From contig CAWISW010000001.1 in the NCBI GenBank assembly GCA_963838925.1, positions 32,001-96,000 on the forward strand: a stretch of DNA of 64,000 nucleotides. The letters are read 5' to 3'. Below, one piece after another: positions 1 through 8,976 of this stretch. The notes under the pieces are model-generated. The model searched no databases, was not told the origin of the DNA, and saw nothing but the letters and a program-made list of their open reading frames with translations. The position numbers and the translations under genes are program-made. The first letter of the stretch is position 1. Each line of letters starts with the position of its first letter. Source of the stretch: an uncultured Nitrososphaerota archaeon (GTDB lineage: Archaea > Thermoproteota > Nitrososphaeria > Nitrososphaerales > Gagatemarchaeaceae).

Positions 1-203
1 TCTTGGCTGCCTCGATCTGGGCGCTCGCCTCGATCTCGGGAGCTTCCCTCAACCCGGCCCGGAGCTTCGGACCCGCAATCATCTCCCTGATCTTCAACAT
101 CGATTCGACGCCGATCTCGTACTACTGGATCTACGTGGTGGGGCCTGTCCTCGGAGGCCTCGTCGCAGCTATGCTCTACAGGCTGATCTACAGGCGGGCA
201 TAA
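1..203 (+). CDS. MIP/aquaporin family channel, 3' part (truncated by window edge)
   Basis: Second NPA motif GASLNPARSFGPA and YWIYVVGPVLGG last helix. Confidence 0.85.
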   Translation, partial: LAASIWALASISGASLNPARSFGPAIISLIFNIDSTPISYYWIYVVGPVLGGLVAAMLYRLIYRRA

Positions 204-207
204 GACG

Positions 208-684
208 ATGAAGTCCCAGCCAAGGCTGAACCGCGAGAGGGCGAAGGAGCTCCTCGGAGAGGTCGACCTGCTCATCTCTCGCGGACTGACCCCCGCGGCC
301 TTCAGGAAGTCCGTCGTCCAGCTACTCAACCTGGAGCCCACCTACAACTGGGTCGGGCTCTACCTGGTCAAGGGAGCGGAGCTCCGCTTGGACTCTTGGA
401 GCGGTCCCGCCCCGACCACGCACTCGGCCATCCCGCTGGGGAAGGGGATATGCGGCTTCGCCGCCAAGTCCGGTCGGACCGAGATCGTGTCCGACGTCTC
501 GAAGGACCCGAGGTACCTGCAGTGCTTCGCAAGCACAAAGTCCGAGATCGTCGTGCCAGTGATGAGCGAAGGCAAGGTGGTCGCAGAGGTCGACATCGAC
601 GGGGACATCATCAACGCCCACTCCTCCGTGGACAGAGAATTCCTAGAGGCTCTCGCTGCGAAGATAGCAAAGTTCTGCGTCTGA
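208..684 (+). CDS. GAF-domain protein, free methionine-R-sulfoxide reductase (fRMsr/MsrC)-like
   Basis: NWVGLY, GKGICG, DPRYLQC, SEIVVP, EVDID motifs. Confidence 0.75.
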   Translation: MKSQPRLNRERAKELLGEVDLLISRGLTPAAFRKSVVQLLNLEPTYNWVGLYLVKGAELRLDSWSGPAPTTHSAIPLGKGICGFAAKSGRTEIVSDVSKDPRYLQCFASTKSEIVVPVMSEGKVVAEVDIDGDIINAHSSVDREFLEALAAKIAKFCV

Positions 685-693
685 GCGAACGCG

Positions 694-2079
694 CTACTTG
701 ACCTTCGTCTTGCGCGCATAGAGGAGGAAGGCCACGCCGGACACGATCAGCACTATCGCGAGGATGCGAAACGCGGGCGCGAAACCGCCCGCGAAGGCGA
801 CCAGCGACCCGGTGACGAGGGAGGCGATGCCGTACCCCACGTGCTCCATCGCGTGGTTCGTGCCCATTATCGCAGCCCGGTTGGAGGGGTGGCTCGCCTC
901 TGCCAGTATCACTAGCTGGCTGACCCTCACCACGCCTATGGCGAGCCCGAAGGCCACGGCGGCGACCAGGAAGGTGACCAAGGTCGCCGTGAAGAACACG
1001 AGCGTGAGGGCACCCGCCGCGCCTATCAACCCGGCGACGAGGTAGGGCATCCTCCTCGAGTGCCTGTCCTCGTAGTGGCCGAAGGGCACCATGAAGAGCA
1101 CGCCTGTGACGGCCATGATCGACGCGAAGTAGCCCCAGAAGAGAGCGAATATCGGCACCTGCGGCGTGCACGGGGTGGGACCGCACGTCCCCAGCACGTG
1201 CGCGTACAAGGGCACATAGTAGAAGAAAGCCGCGAAGCCTACCGCGCCGACCAGCGTTGTCAGGAGCGCGACGCCGATTATCGGCGTCCGGAACGCGTTG
1301 AGGTAGTCGCCCCAGCTCGCGCTGTGGCTGTGGACGTGGTCTCCCTGCTCTACGGGAAGATCGTGCTCATCGTCGTGGCTCGCGCCTGTCATTCCCATCT
1401 GGCCGGCTCCGGCGGGCGTGAGGCCTAGCCTGATCTCAGGCATGGCCATGACCGCCACGACGGCGGCGATCAACATCAGAAAAGTGGAGAGCTCGAACAC
1501 ATCGGTGCTGCTGTTCGTCAGGAAGACCACCGTGGTTCCTAGCGCGGGCCCGAAGGCGAAGCCCGCAAACTCGGCCCCGTCGACCAGGCCGTACGCCTTG
1601 CCCATCCCCTGATACTTCTCTGCGAGGTCCCCGCCATACGCGAGCGTGCTCGAGGTGTAGGTGCCATGAGCGAGCCCGAGGCCGGTAAGCGATATCGCCG
1701 TCGCTATTGCAAACGGCGCGAGCTGCGTGGCCTCGTTGCCGACTATCAGCGAGATCAGCGCCACCGACCCCAGCATGCACCCGAGGATTGTCATCCTTCG
1801 CCTCCCGTACTTGTCGGCCAGGTGGCCCATGGCGATCGCGACCACCCCTGAGGAGATCAGGAAGGCGCTGGAGACCAGACCTACGAAGAAGTAGCCGAAG
1901 TTGCCCAGCTGGAAGGTGACGGTGAACTTGTTCGAGATGAATGCCAGGACAACGACGAACGACGCGTACTCCGCCATGTAGGTGAGGATGCTCATCGCCC
2001 CCACCGGGCCGAAGATCTTGAGGAAGCTGGGGGGCTTTCGTGGCCGCCTAGGCGCGCGGGATGTCGGTGTCGTCATCAT
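694..2079 (-). CDS. MFS transporter with His/Asp-rich central loop
   Basis: About 12 hydrophobic segments; motif A GHLADKYGRRR. Confidence 0.85.
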   Translation of the reverse strand: MMTTPTSRAPRRPRKPPSFLKIFGPVGAMSILTYMAEYASFVVVLAFISNKFTVTFQLGNFGYFFVGLVSSAFLISSGVVAIAMGHLADKYGRRRMTILGCMLGSVALISLIVGNEATQLAPFAIATAISLTGLGLAHGTYTSSTLAYGGDLAEKYQGMGKAYGLVDGAEFAGFAFGPALGTTVVFLTNSSTDVFELSTFLMLIAAVVAVMAMPEIRLGLTPAGAGQMGMTGASHDDEHDLPVEQGDHVHSHSASWGDYLNAFRTPIIGVALLTTLVGAVGFAAFFYYVPLYAHVLGTCGPTPCTPQVPIFALFWGYFASIMAVTGVLFMVPFGHYEDRHSRRMPYLVAGLIGAAGALTLVFFTATLVTFLVAAVAFGLAIGVVRVSQLVILAEASHPSNRAAIMGTNHAMEHVGYGIASLVTGSLVAFAGGFAPAFRILAIVLIVSGVAFLLYARKTKVK

Positions 2080-2230
2080 GCCTCACAACTTGGATGAGCC
2101 AGGCCTCGGCCGATTCGCCTAAGGAGAAACAGATGCAAAGCCGGCCTTCTCCACGAATCGGAACGACGGATGACGAATAATAAGCGTTCCTCGAAACCTT
2201 GCGAGCGGCCACACTCGCCTGGGCGTGCCG

Positions 2231-2581
2231 CTACTTGCTCGGGGGAAGCTTGTTGACGAGCTTCATCATCTCGTCGTAGTGTTGCCTGATGATGCTGGCT
2301 CCCTTCTCACCCATCATCGCCTCAGCGTTTGACTTGCACTGACCGATGGCCGTGACGATCCCGTCCTTCGTGGGCTGGTCGAAGCTCGCTCCGCAGCTCT
2401 GGAACGTGCCGGTGACGAACTGCCTCACCTGGGCCTTTAGCGCCTTGTCGTCGGTCGGCTGGTTGAGCACGTTCATGAACTCCCTGTTGGCGTCCTCGAA
2501 GCACTTTAGAAGCTCGTCCCTGACGAGCGTCGGGGTTACCTTGCCCTTGGGCACGTCTGGTGCCTTGTATGTGCCTGCCAT
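2231..2581 (-). CDS. Hypothetical alpha-helical protein (116 aa), divergent from sufC
   Basis: ATG start, host-like codon usage, no recognised motif. Confidence 0.7.
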   Translation of the reverse strand: MAGTYKAPDVPKGKVTPTLVRDELLKCFEDANREFMNVLNQPTDDKALKAQVRQFVTGTFQSCGASFDQPTKDGIVTAIGQCKSNAEAMMGEKGASIIRQHYDEMMKLVNKLPPSK

Positions 2582-2681
2582 GGGGGAGCGTCCCCGCGGG
2601 TGTTATTTAGCATGACATCCTAGAATATTCCAAAATGACTCGCGACCGAGCTTGGATATTCGCAAGTTCATCTCTCCCGGA

Positions 2682-2708
2682 TATAACCTAAGTTATAGAT
2701 TTATATAA
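2682..2708 (+). promoter_or_regulatory. Palindrome TATAAC-CTAA-GTTATA followed by TATA box TTTATATAA, upstream of sufC
   Basis: Perfect 6-bp inverted repeat at 2682-2697; TATA about 30 nt before ATG 2737. Confidence 0.6.
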
Positions 2709-2736
2709 TAAAGGCCGACCGCGTATTCTGAAGCAG

Positions 2737-3501
2737 ATGGCCAAGCTCGAGATCCGAGACCTCCACGCCACCGTGGAGGGGACCGAGATACTCAAGGGAG
2801 TTAACCTGACGATAAACCAGGGAGAGATACACGCGCTGATGGGCCCGAACGGCTCGGGCAAGAGCACCCTCGCCAACACCCTCTTGGGGCACCCGAAGTA
2901 CAAGGTGACCAAGGGCGACATCCTCATCGACGGCGAGAGCATACTAGAGCTCTCGCCCGACAAGCGGGCGAAGAAGGGCCTCTTCCTCGCGTTCCAGTAC
3001 CCCGTGGCCGTGCCCGGAGTGACCATGTTCTCGTTCCTCCGCGCCGCCTACAACGCCGTCCACACGGACGAGAAGAACCAGGCGCCGACGATATTCGACT
3101 TCAAGGACACCCTGGCGGAGAAGATGAAGGTCCTCGAGATTGACGAGTCGTTCATGAACCGCTACCTCAACGAGGGCTTCTCGGGCGGCGAGAAGAAGCG
3201 GGCCGAGATCCTACAACTGGCGATGCTGAAGCCTAAGTTCGCGGTCCTCGACGAGACCGACTCCGGTCTGGACATCGACGCGCTGCGCGTTGTCGCCGAG
3301 GGCGTGAGCAAGCTGGCGAACAACGACCTTGGGATTCTCGTGATCACACACTATCAGCGGATCCTAAAGTACATCATGCCAACTTTCGTCCACGTCATGT
3401 ACGAGGGCAAGATCACCGCCTCGGGCGGGCAGGAGCTCTCGCTGAAGCTAGAGGAGAAGGGCTACGGCTGGCTAAAGGAGCAGGCCGGAGTCGTCGCCTA
3501 G
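2737..3501 (+). CDS. sufC: Fe-S cluster assembly ATPase SufC
   Basis: GPNGSGKST, FLAFQYP, NEGFSGGEKKR, LDETDSGLDIDA, ITHY. Confidence 0.97.
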   Translation: MAKLEIRDLHATVEGTEILKGVNLTINQGEIHALMGPNGSGKSTLANTLLGHPKYKVTKGDILIDGESILELSPDKRAKKGLFLAFQYPVAVPGVTMFSFLRAAYNAVHTDEKNQAPTIFDFKDTLAEKMKVLEIDESFMNRYLNEGFSGGEKKRAEILQLAMLKPKFAVLDETDSGLDIDALRVVAEGVSKLANNDLGILVITHYQRILKYIMPTFVHVMYEGKITASGGQELSLKLEEKGYGWLKEQAGVVA

Positions 3502-3505
3502 CACC

Positions 3506-4498
3506 TCAGATATACTCAGAAGGGTCTACGACGTTCTTGGGGGCTTCTCCCCTAAGGAATCGAGTCAGGTTCTCGACTGCGGCCTTCCCAGGCTCTCCCG
3601 TAAGGGCGGAGCTCCCTCCCGCGACGTGCGGAGTGCCTATGAAATTAGGGAGTTTCAGGAGTGGAAACTTGGACGCGTACGTCTCCTTGCCTCTCTTGAT
3701 CTGCCACACGTCCGTCGCGTAGGTGAACTGCGGGAACTTTACCAGATGGCGGTATAGGGCCTCCTCGTCGACTATCTCCGCTCGCGCGACGTTGACCACG
3801 ATCGCGTCCGTCTTCATTGCCGCGAGTTCGGCGGCCCCAATCAGGCCGAGCGTCAGCTTCGATAGAGGGAGTGCTATCACTACGGCGTCGCTCTTCCGCA
3901 GCACCCGGTGCAAGCCTTCTCCGCCGTGGAACACCTGGACGCCGCCCTCCTTGCTGGGGTGCCTCGAGAAGGCGACGACGTTCATCCCTAGCGCGAGCCC
4001 GAGCGACCCTACCGCCCTCCCTATCCCGCCGTACCCGAGGACGCCCAGCGTCCGTCCCTTGAGGACGACGACCTCGCGGAACAGGTGCCCCCAGTCCGCC
4101 GGGTCGAACTCTTCGGTGCGCAGCGCATAGTCCAGCTTCACCACCCGCTTGGCGGCCGCAAGCAAGAGCGCGACCGCGAACTCCGCCACGCCCGCCGAAA
4201 ACCCGCCCGCGTTGCTGCTCACCGTGACTCGCTTCCCGAGGTGCTTGAACGGGATGTGGTTCACGCCTGCCATTCCGGACTGGATGAAGCGCAGTCGGCT
4301 CATCCTCGAGACCCGCTCCGGAGAGAGGGTGTCAGGCCACCAGGTCTGGACGAACACGCAATCAATCGACGGAAGGAGCCGGTCGAGCTCCTCATCGTCG
4401 AGCTCGTCGAGCATGTAGACGTTCGCATAATGGAGTAGACTGTCAAACCTTCCGGCGACAGCCGAGCTGGTCACAAGCAAGTTCGGCTTCTCGCTCAT
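3506..4498 (-). CDS. D-isomer-specific 2-hydroxyacid dehydrogenase
   Basis: GVLGYGGIG Rossmann motif, VNVARA, TDVW, TPHVAG. Confidence 0.9.
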   Translation of the reverse strand: MSEKPNLLVTSSAVAGRFDSLLHYANVYMLDELDDEELDRLLPSIDCVFVQTWWPDTLSPERVSRMSRLRFIQSGMAGVNHIPFKHLGKRVTVSSNAGGFSAGVAEFAVALLLAAAKRVVKLDYALRTEEFDPADWGHLFREVVVLKGRTLGVLGYGGIGRAVGSLGLALGMNVVAFSRHPSKEGGVQVFHGGEGLHRVLRKSDAVVIALPLSKLTLGLIGAAELAAMKTDAIVVNVARAEIVDEEALYRHLVKFPQFTYATDVWQIKRGKETYASKFPLLKLPNFIGTPHVAGGSSALTGEPGKAAVENLTRFLRGEAPKNVVDPSEYI

Positions 4499-4574
4499 GC
4501 GGATTCGGGCTCGCTTTCGTCCTTGCCTGCTGTAATTAGCCTTTCGAGTGATGACGGCTGCCGTAGAGAACCAT

Positions 4575-4820
4575 TCAACCGCGCCCGCCGAGCCAGCGGT
4601 GCTTGGCCGGGCTCGCCCCGCCCTCGGTCCTCTTCTTGACCTCCATCAGGATTATGGGGGCCCCGTTCCCCAGTATCGTTCTCAGCTTGGCCTCGAACGT
4701 GTCGGGGTTGAGGTCCCCGATGTAGAACAGAATCGCCTTTGCCCCTGAGTCGCCCAGAATCGTCCTCAGAGCCGTCCTGACGGCCAATGAGTACTTCTCG
4801 AGGTCTGGATTTCCTGCCAT
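4575..4820 (-). CDS. Small hypothetical protein (81 aa) with internally repeated LRTILG motif
   Basis: ATG at 4820, 5 nt after the upstream gene's stop; LRTILGDSGA...LRTILGNGA. Confidence 0.6.
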   Translation of the reverse strand: MAGNPDLEKYSLAVRTALRTILGDSGAKAILFYIGDLNPDTFEAKLRTILGNGAPIILMEVKKRTEGGASPAKHRWLGGRG

Positions 4821-4825
4821 GGGAA

Positions 4826-5140
4826 TCAACCTGCCGTCGCCATTGCCCTCGGGTTCCACGCCTTGTAGAACAGATAGAAGCCCACGAGGAGGAAGATTGT
4901 GGTCAGCGCCTCGAAGCTCTCGGCGACGGCATCGCCACCTGACGAGCTCCCATAGATCGCCTCATAGAAATCGACGATCTGGTTGGCCATGAAGAAGAGC
5001 AGCGAAGTGGCTATCAGCTGCCAGGCCCTCCAGAAGATGCCTCCCTTGAACGTCTTCCTTGTCTCGAACCCAAAGAACCACGTTGCCAGGGCCATCCCCG
5101 CGATCGCCGCGCTGTACGTCGCCAGGAGTGGCTCCACCAT
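4826..5140 (-). CDS. Small 3-TM membrane protein
   Basis: Three hydrophobic segments, ATG start. Confidence 0.65.
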   Translation of the reverse strand: MVEPLLATYSAAIAGMALATWFFGFETRKTFKGGIFWRAWQLIATSLLFFMANQIVDFYEAIYGSSSGGDAVAESFEALTTIFLLVGFYLFYKAWNPRAMATAG

Positions 5141-5306
5141 TTGGGGTCAACTCACAGCGATTCCGCTCGCTTAAAAGCGTGCCACTTTTCACGAACATGC
5201 CTGCGCAGAATTGCTAGTCCGGAATCGAACTGCCCTCGGCCCTACCGCTCGTCCGTCTCCTGTCGCCTGCGTCGGCCGGAGGGTGTCTATGCCCCAACCC
5301 GAATCG

Positions 5307-5330
5307 TTTTTATACATAACATAGGTAATA
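5307..5330 (+). promoter_or_regulatory. TATA box TTTTTATA followed by CATAAC-ATAG-GTAATA, upstream of sufB
   Basis: Imperfect copy of the sufC-promoter palindrome, between TATA and ATG 5343. Confidence 0.55.
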
Positions 5331-5342
5331 TCAAACTGCTTC

Positions 5343-8300
5343 ATGACAGCAGCGGCCGACATCGTAACTGACGATTACAAGACAAAGTACGGCTTTGCCG
5401 ACTCGACAGGCTACCTCGACGACAGGCGCAGGGGCATCAACGAGGACGTCGTCAAGGAGATCTCGAGGCTTCGGAACGAGCCCATCTGGATGGAGGAGTT
5501 CAGGCTAAAGGCGCTGAAGCACTTCCAGGAGAGGGCCCTGCCCACCTGGGGAGTCGACCTCTCTCCGATAAAGTTCGACGAGTTCTACTACTACGCTCAG
5601 CCGTCGAAGGAGACCGCGAAGCGGTGGGAGGACGTCCCCCCGGAGATCCGGAACACGTTCGAGAAGCTGGGCATCCCCGAGGCCGAGAGGAAGTTCCTCG
5701 CCGGCGTGGGCGCCATCTACGAGAGCCAGGAGGTCTACAACAGCCTCCAGAAGGACCTGCAGAAGCAGGGAGTGATATTCACGAGCGTGGGCAACGCCGT
5801 GCAGGACTACCCCGAGCTCATCAAGAAGTACATCGGGACGATCGTCCCCGCGAACGACAACAAGTTCGCGGCCCTCAACAGCGCGGTCTGGAGCGACGGG
5901 CCGTTCATCTACGTCCCGGAGGGCGTGAAGATAACGATGCCCCTCCAGTCCTACTTCAGGATAAACGCGCAGGGGATGGGGCAGTTCGAGAGGACGCTCA
6001 TCGTCGCAGAGCCCAACAGCGAGGTCCACTACATCGAGGGGTGCCTTCCAGCAGAGGAACTAGTGAGCACAGGCCAACAACTCGTTGCTATCGAATCGCT
6101 CGGTTCAAGAGACGCTGTCGTCTCTCACACGGGATCGCAAGCATCCGTAACCAAGCAATTCGTCCACACCCACAAGGGCAAGATGCTCACCATATTCCCG
6201 CAGTCCAAGGGCAACGCGTTTAGACTGACTCCGGAGCATCCCGTGCTCTGCGTGAAGAGGGAGCAACTTTCCTTCGGCAAGAGGGTCAACGGCAAGCGCA
6301 AGATTCTGTCCAAGAGATTCGACTCGGTCGAACCCAGATTCGTCCCAGCGGGTGAACTGGAAGTCGGCGACTTCATAGTCTACGTGGCACCTACGGCGAC
6401 CATCGATGATCCAGTATTCTCTGAGACGATTCTCAAGATCCTGGGTATCTACTTGGCAGAAGGCTCGATTTCGTTCAACACCAGCCTCGGAATCGACGTC
6501 ATCCAGTTCTCCTTCGGGTCTTCCGAGAAGGAGAGGCAGCTCGCAGAAGAACTCGCCGACCTAATACATTCGATTGGAGAGAACGCAAGCGTCCACAAGG
6601 CAAGAGGCGCCTACTATTGCGTTGTGACATATTCGCGTACGCTGATCGACTTGTGCGCGGCGCACTGCGGGATGGGCGCAGCGACCAAAGTCCTGTCAGA
6701 AAAGGTGCTCAAGCTCCCGACCGAGAAGCAAGGATTGCTGCTAGAGTACTACTTCAAAGGCGACGGGAACCGCTACCTGAAGCATCCGAGTCCCTCGCTG
6801 ATGGTAAGGTGTTCCACCGCGAGTCGCTTGCTGGCCTTCCAGATTCAGGAGATGCTCGCCCGGTCAGGAATCTATGCCAACATCTCTGTCCGCAAGGCTT
6901 CAAAGGACAAGATTCTTGGAAGAACAATCTCTCGGAGGACCCAGTACATCGTCCAGTACACCGAGAACAAGAAGTGGAGCGAGGTCAGGAAGAGGGGTAA
7001 CCTCTTCTTTGTGCCCATCAGGAAGATTGTCAGTCAGCCATGGAACGACCTCGTCTACAACCTCGAGGTCGAGAGGGACAATTCCTACCTGGTCCGCGGC
7101 TTCGCGGTCCACAACTGCACCGCAGCGATGTACCAAAAGTCGATGCTCCACGCGGCCATCGTCGAGCTCATCGCGATGAAGGGCGCAAAGATCCGCTACA
7201 TCACTATCCAGAACTGGAGCAAGAACGTCTACAACCTGGTGACGAAGAGGGCCCACGCCCACGAGAACGCCAGCGTCACCTGGCTCAACGGGGAGGTCGG
7301 CTCCGGCAGGAACATGAAGTACCCCTCGATCTACCTCCTAGGCAAGGGCGCCACGGCGGAGATACTCTCGATGGCCTACGCCGGCGCCAACCAGATTCAG
7401 GACACAGGCGGCAAGGTCATCCACCTCGCCTCTGACACCTCGTCCAAGATAATCTCAAAGTCGGTGTCCAAGGACGGCGGAGAGGCCATCTACCGAGGCC
7501 TGCTGCACATCGCGAAGGGCGCGCACAACGTAAAGGCGACGGTCCGGTGCGTCAAGCCCGACACGATAATTTTGGGAGACAACAAGCAGATAGCCCAATA
7601 TGCCTCGGGAGACCGCGCAATTGGCGCGACAGGGCTAAACGGCGTTACCCAAACCTTCGTCAACGATTTCAGCGGGGAGCTGGTCAAGATAAGGGCTGCA
7701 GGTCTACTTCCAGTTGAAGTCACCCCGGAGCACCCGGTTCTAGTGTCCAGATCAAGAATGACTTATCCGCGCGTAGAAAGAAAGGGCCGTCCCGCTCACA
7801 CTGCGAGGATTGCTCTTTCAAACCCAGAATGGAAAAATGCGTCCGAGATAGCTGCGAAGAAGTCCAACCTTGACGGGGACTATCTCCTAGTGCCCCGGCA
7901 GACCGGGCACCTCGATTTCCAAGAGCTGGACTTGAGTCCCTTCGCCAAGAGCGGTGAAGGATTGCGGACCTTCCTTCGAAAGGGTCACTCTCTAGCCATA
8001 AAGTTGAACACGCACTTCGCGTGGCTGCTGGGAATTTATGTCGCGGAAGGCTATTCCGGACAGGACAAAGTAAAGTTCGCCCTCAATTCAAGCGAGCATC
8101 ATCTGCGGGACAGGATAGCCGAGATCTGCGCCAGCCTCGGGTACAAGTCGAAGACGTACAAGCGGAAAGGGGAAGAAGGAGTGGAGGTCGTCATATTTGC
8201 AACCCTGCTCTCTCGAGCGCTCACGGCTTGGTGCGGCGCGGGGGCTCCGAACAAGCGGATTCCCGACTTCGTCCTGTTCCACAAGGACGAAGGTGTTCTT

Positions 8301-8951
8301 CGAGCCTTCCTCGAAGGCTACCAAAACGGCGACGGATGCAAGACGGAAAACTGCATGCACAAAAGGAATGTCCTGCACGCTGTAACGACCTCAAAGCTCC
8401 TTGCAATGCAGTTGCAGCTCATGGGGTCGAGATTGGGAATCTTCTACAGGATCTCCCGCGCATCAGACTCCCCTGTCATTCAAGGGCGAAGAGTAAGGAC
8501 CCACGAAAAGTTCGATGTCCGAGCCAACGAGAGCGAGAAGATCCAGGCCAAATTCGACAACCACTGGATGTACGTGCCCGTCCGAGAGGTAAGCAAGGTG
8601 AAGTACGACGGTCCCGTTTACAACATTGAGACGACGGACCACACCTATCTCATCTCCAACTTTGTCTCGCACAACTGCGACGCGCTCCTGCTCGACGACA
8701 AGTCCAAGACCTCGACCATCCCGTACGTGGAGGTGATGGCGGACGATGCGACCGTCACCCACGAAGCGAGCGTCGGCAAGGTCGGCGAGGAGCAGATATT
8801 CTACCTCATGGCTAGGGGGATCAGCGAGAGGGACGCGCTTAGCATGATAGTCAACGGCTTCGTCGAGCCCTTCACCAAGGAGCTCCCCATGACCTACGCG
8901 ATAGAGATCAACCGGCTAATGGCCCTCGAGATGACCGGCGCGGTCGGCTAG
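5343..8951 (+). CDS. sufB: Fe-S cluster scaffold SufB precursor with two inteins (1202 aa; 468 aa spliced)
   Basis: KFAALNSAVWSDG, PLQSYFRIN, GQFERTLI, LHAAIVE, TIQNWS, MKYPS, QDTGGK, HEASVGK, ELPMTYA. Confidence 0.97.
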   Translation: MTAAADIVTDDYKTKYGFADSTGYLDDRRRGINEDVVKEISRLRNEPIWMEEFRLKALKHFQERALPTWGVDLSPIKFDEFYYYAQPSKETAKRWEDVPPEIRNTFEKLGIPEAERKFLAGVGAIYESQEVYNSLQKDLQKQGVIFTSVGNAVQDYPELIKKYIGTIVPANDNKFAALNSAVWSDGPFIYVPEGVKITMPLQSYFRINAQGMGQFERTLIVAEPNSEVHYIEGCLPAEELVSTGQQLVAIESLGSRDAVVSHTGSQASVTKQFVHTHKGKMLTIFPQSKGNAFRLTPEHPVLCVKREQLSFGKRVNGKRKILSKRFDSVEPRFVPAGELEVGDFIVYVAPTATIDDPVFSETILKILGIYLAEGSISFNTSLGIDVIQFSFGSSEKERQLAEELADLIHSIGENASVHKARGAYYCVVTYSRTLIDLCAAHCGMGAATKVLSEKVLKLPTEKQGLLLEYYFKGDGNRYLKHPSPSLMVRCSTASRLLAFQIQEMLARSGIYANISVRKASKDKILGRTISRRTQYIVQYTENKKWSEVRKRGNLFFVPIRKIVSQPWNDLVYNLEVERDNSYLVRGFAVHNCTAAMYQKSMLHAAIVELIAMKGAKIRYITIQNWSKNVYNLVTKRAHAHENASVTWLNGEVGSGRNMKYPSIYLLGKGATAEILSMAYAGANQIQDTGGKVIHLASDTSSKIISKSVSKDGGEAIYRGLLHIAKGAHNVKATVRCVKPDTIILGDNKQIAQYASGDRAIGATGLNGVTQTFVNDFSGELVKIRAAGLLPVEVTPEHPVLVSRSRMTYPRVERKGRPAHTARIALSNPEWKNASEIAAKKSNLDGDYLLVPRQTGHLDFQELDLSPFAKSGEGLRTFLRKGHSLAIKLNTHFAWLLGIYVAEGYSGQDKVKFALNSSEHHLRDRIAEICASLGYKSKTYKRKGEEGVEVVIFATLLSRALTAWCGAGAPNKRIPDFVLFHKDEGVLRAFLEGYQNGDGCKTENCMHKRNVLHAVTTSKLLAMQLQLMGSRLGIFYRISRASDSPVIQGRRVRTHEKFDVRANESEKIQAKFDNHWMYVPVREVSKVKYDGPVYNIETTDHTYLISNFVSHNCDALLLDDKSKTSTIPYVEVMADDATVTHEASVGKVGEEQIFYLMARGISERDALSMIVNGFVEPFTKELPMTYAIEINRLMALEMTGAVG
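6042..7115 (+). mobile_element. Intein 1 in SufB (358 aa) with LAGLIDADG homing endonuclease
   Basis: YIEG/CLPAEE...TPEHPVL...LGIYLAEG...FKGDG...VYNLEV...VHN/CTA; codon usage differs from exteins. Confidence 0.93.
7548..8675 (+). mobile_element. Intein 2 in SufB (376 aa) with LAGLIDADG homing endonuclease
   Basis: TVR/CVKPDT...TPEHPVL...LGIYVAEG...YQNGDG...VYNIET...SHN/CDALLL. Confidence 0.93.
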
Positions 8952-8976
8952 ACCGACCCCGAAGAAAGTGAACCCG

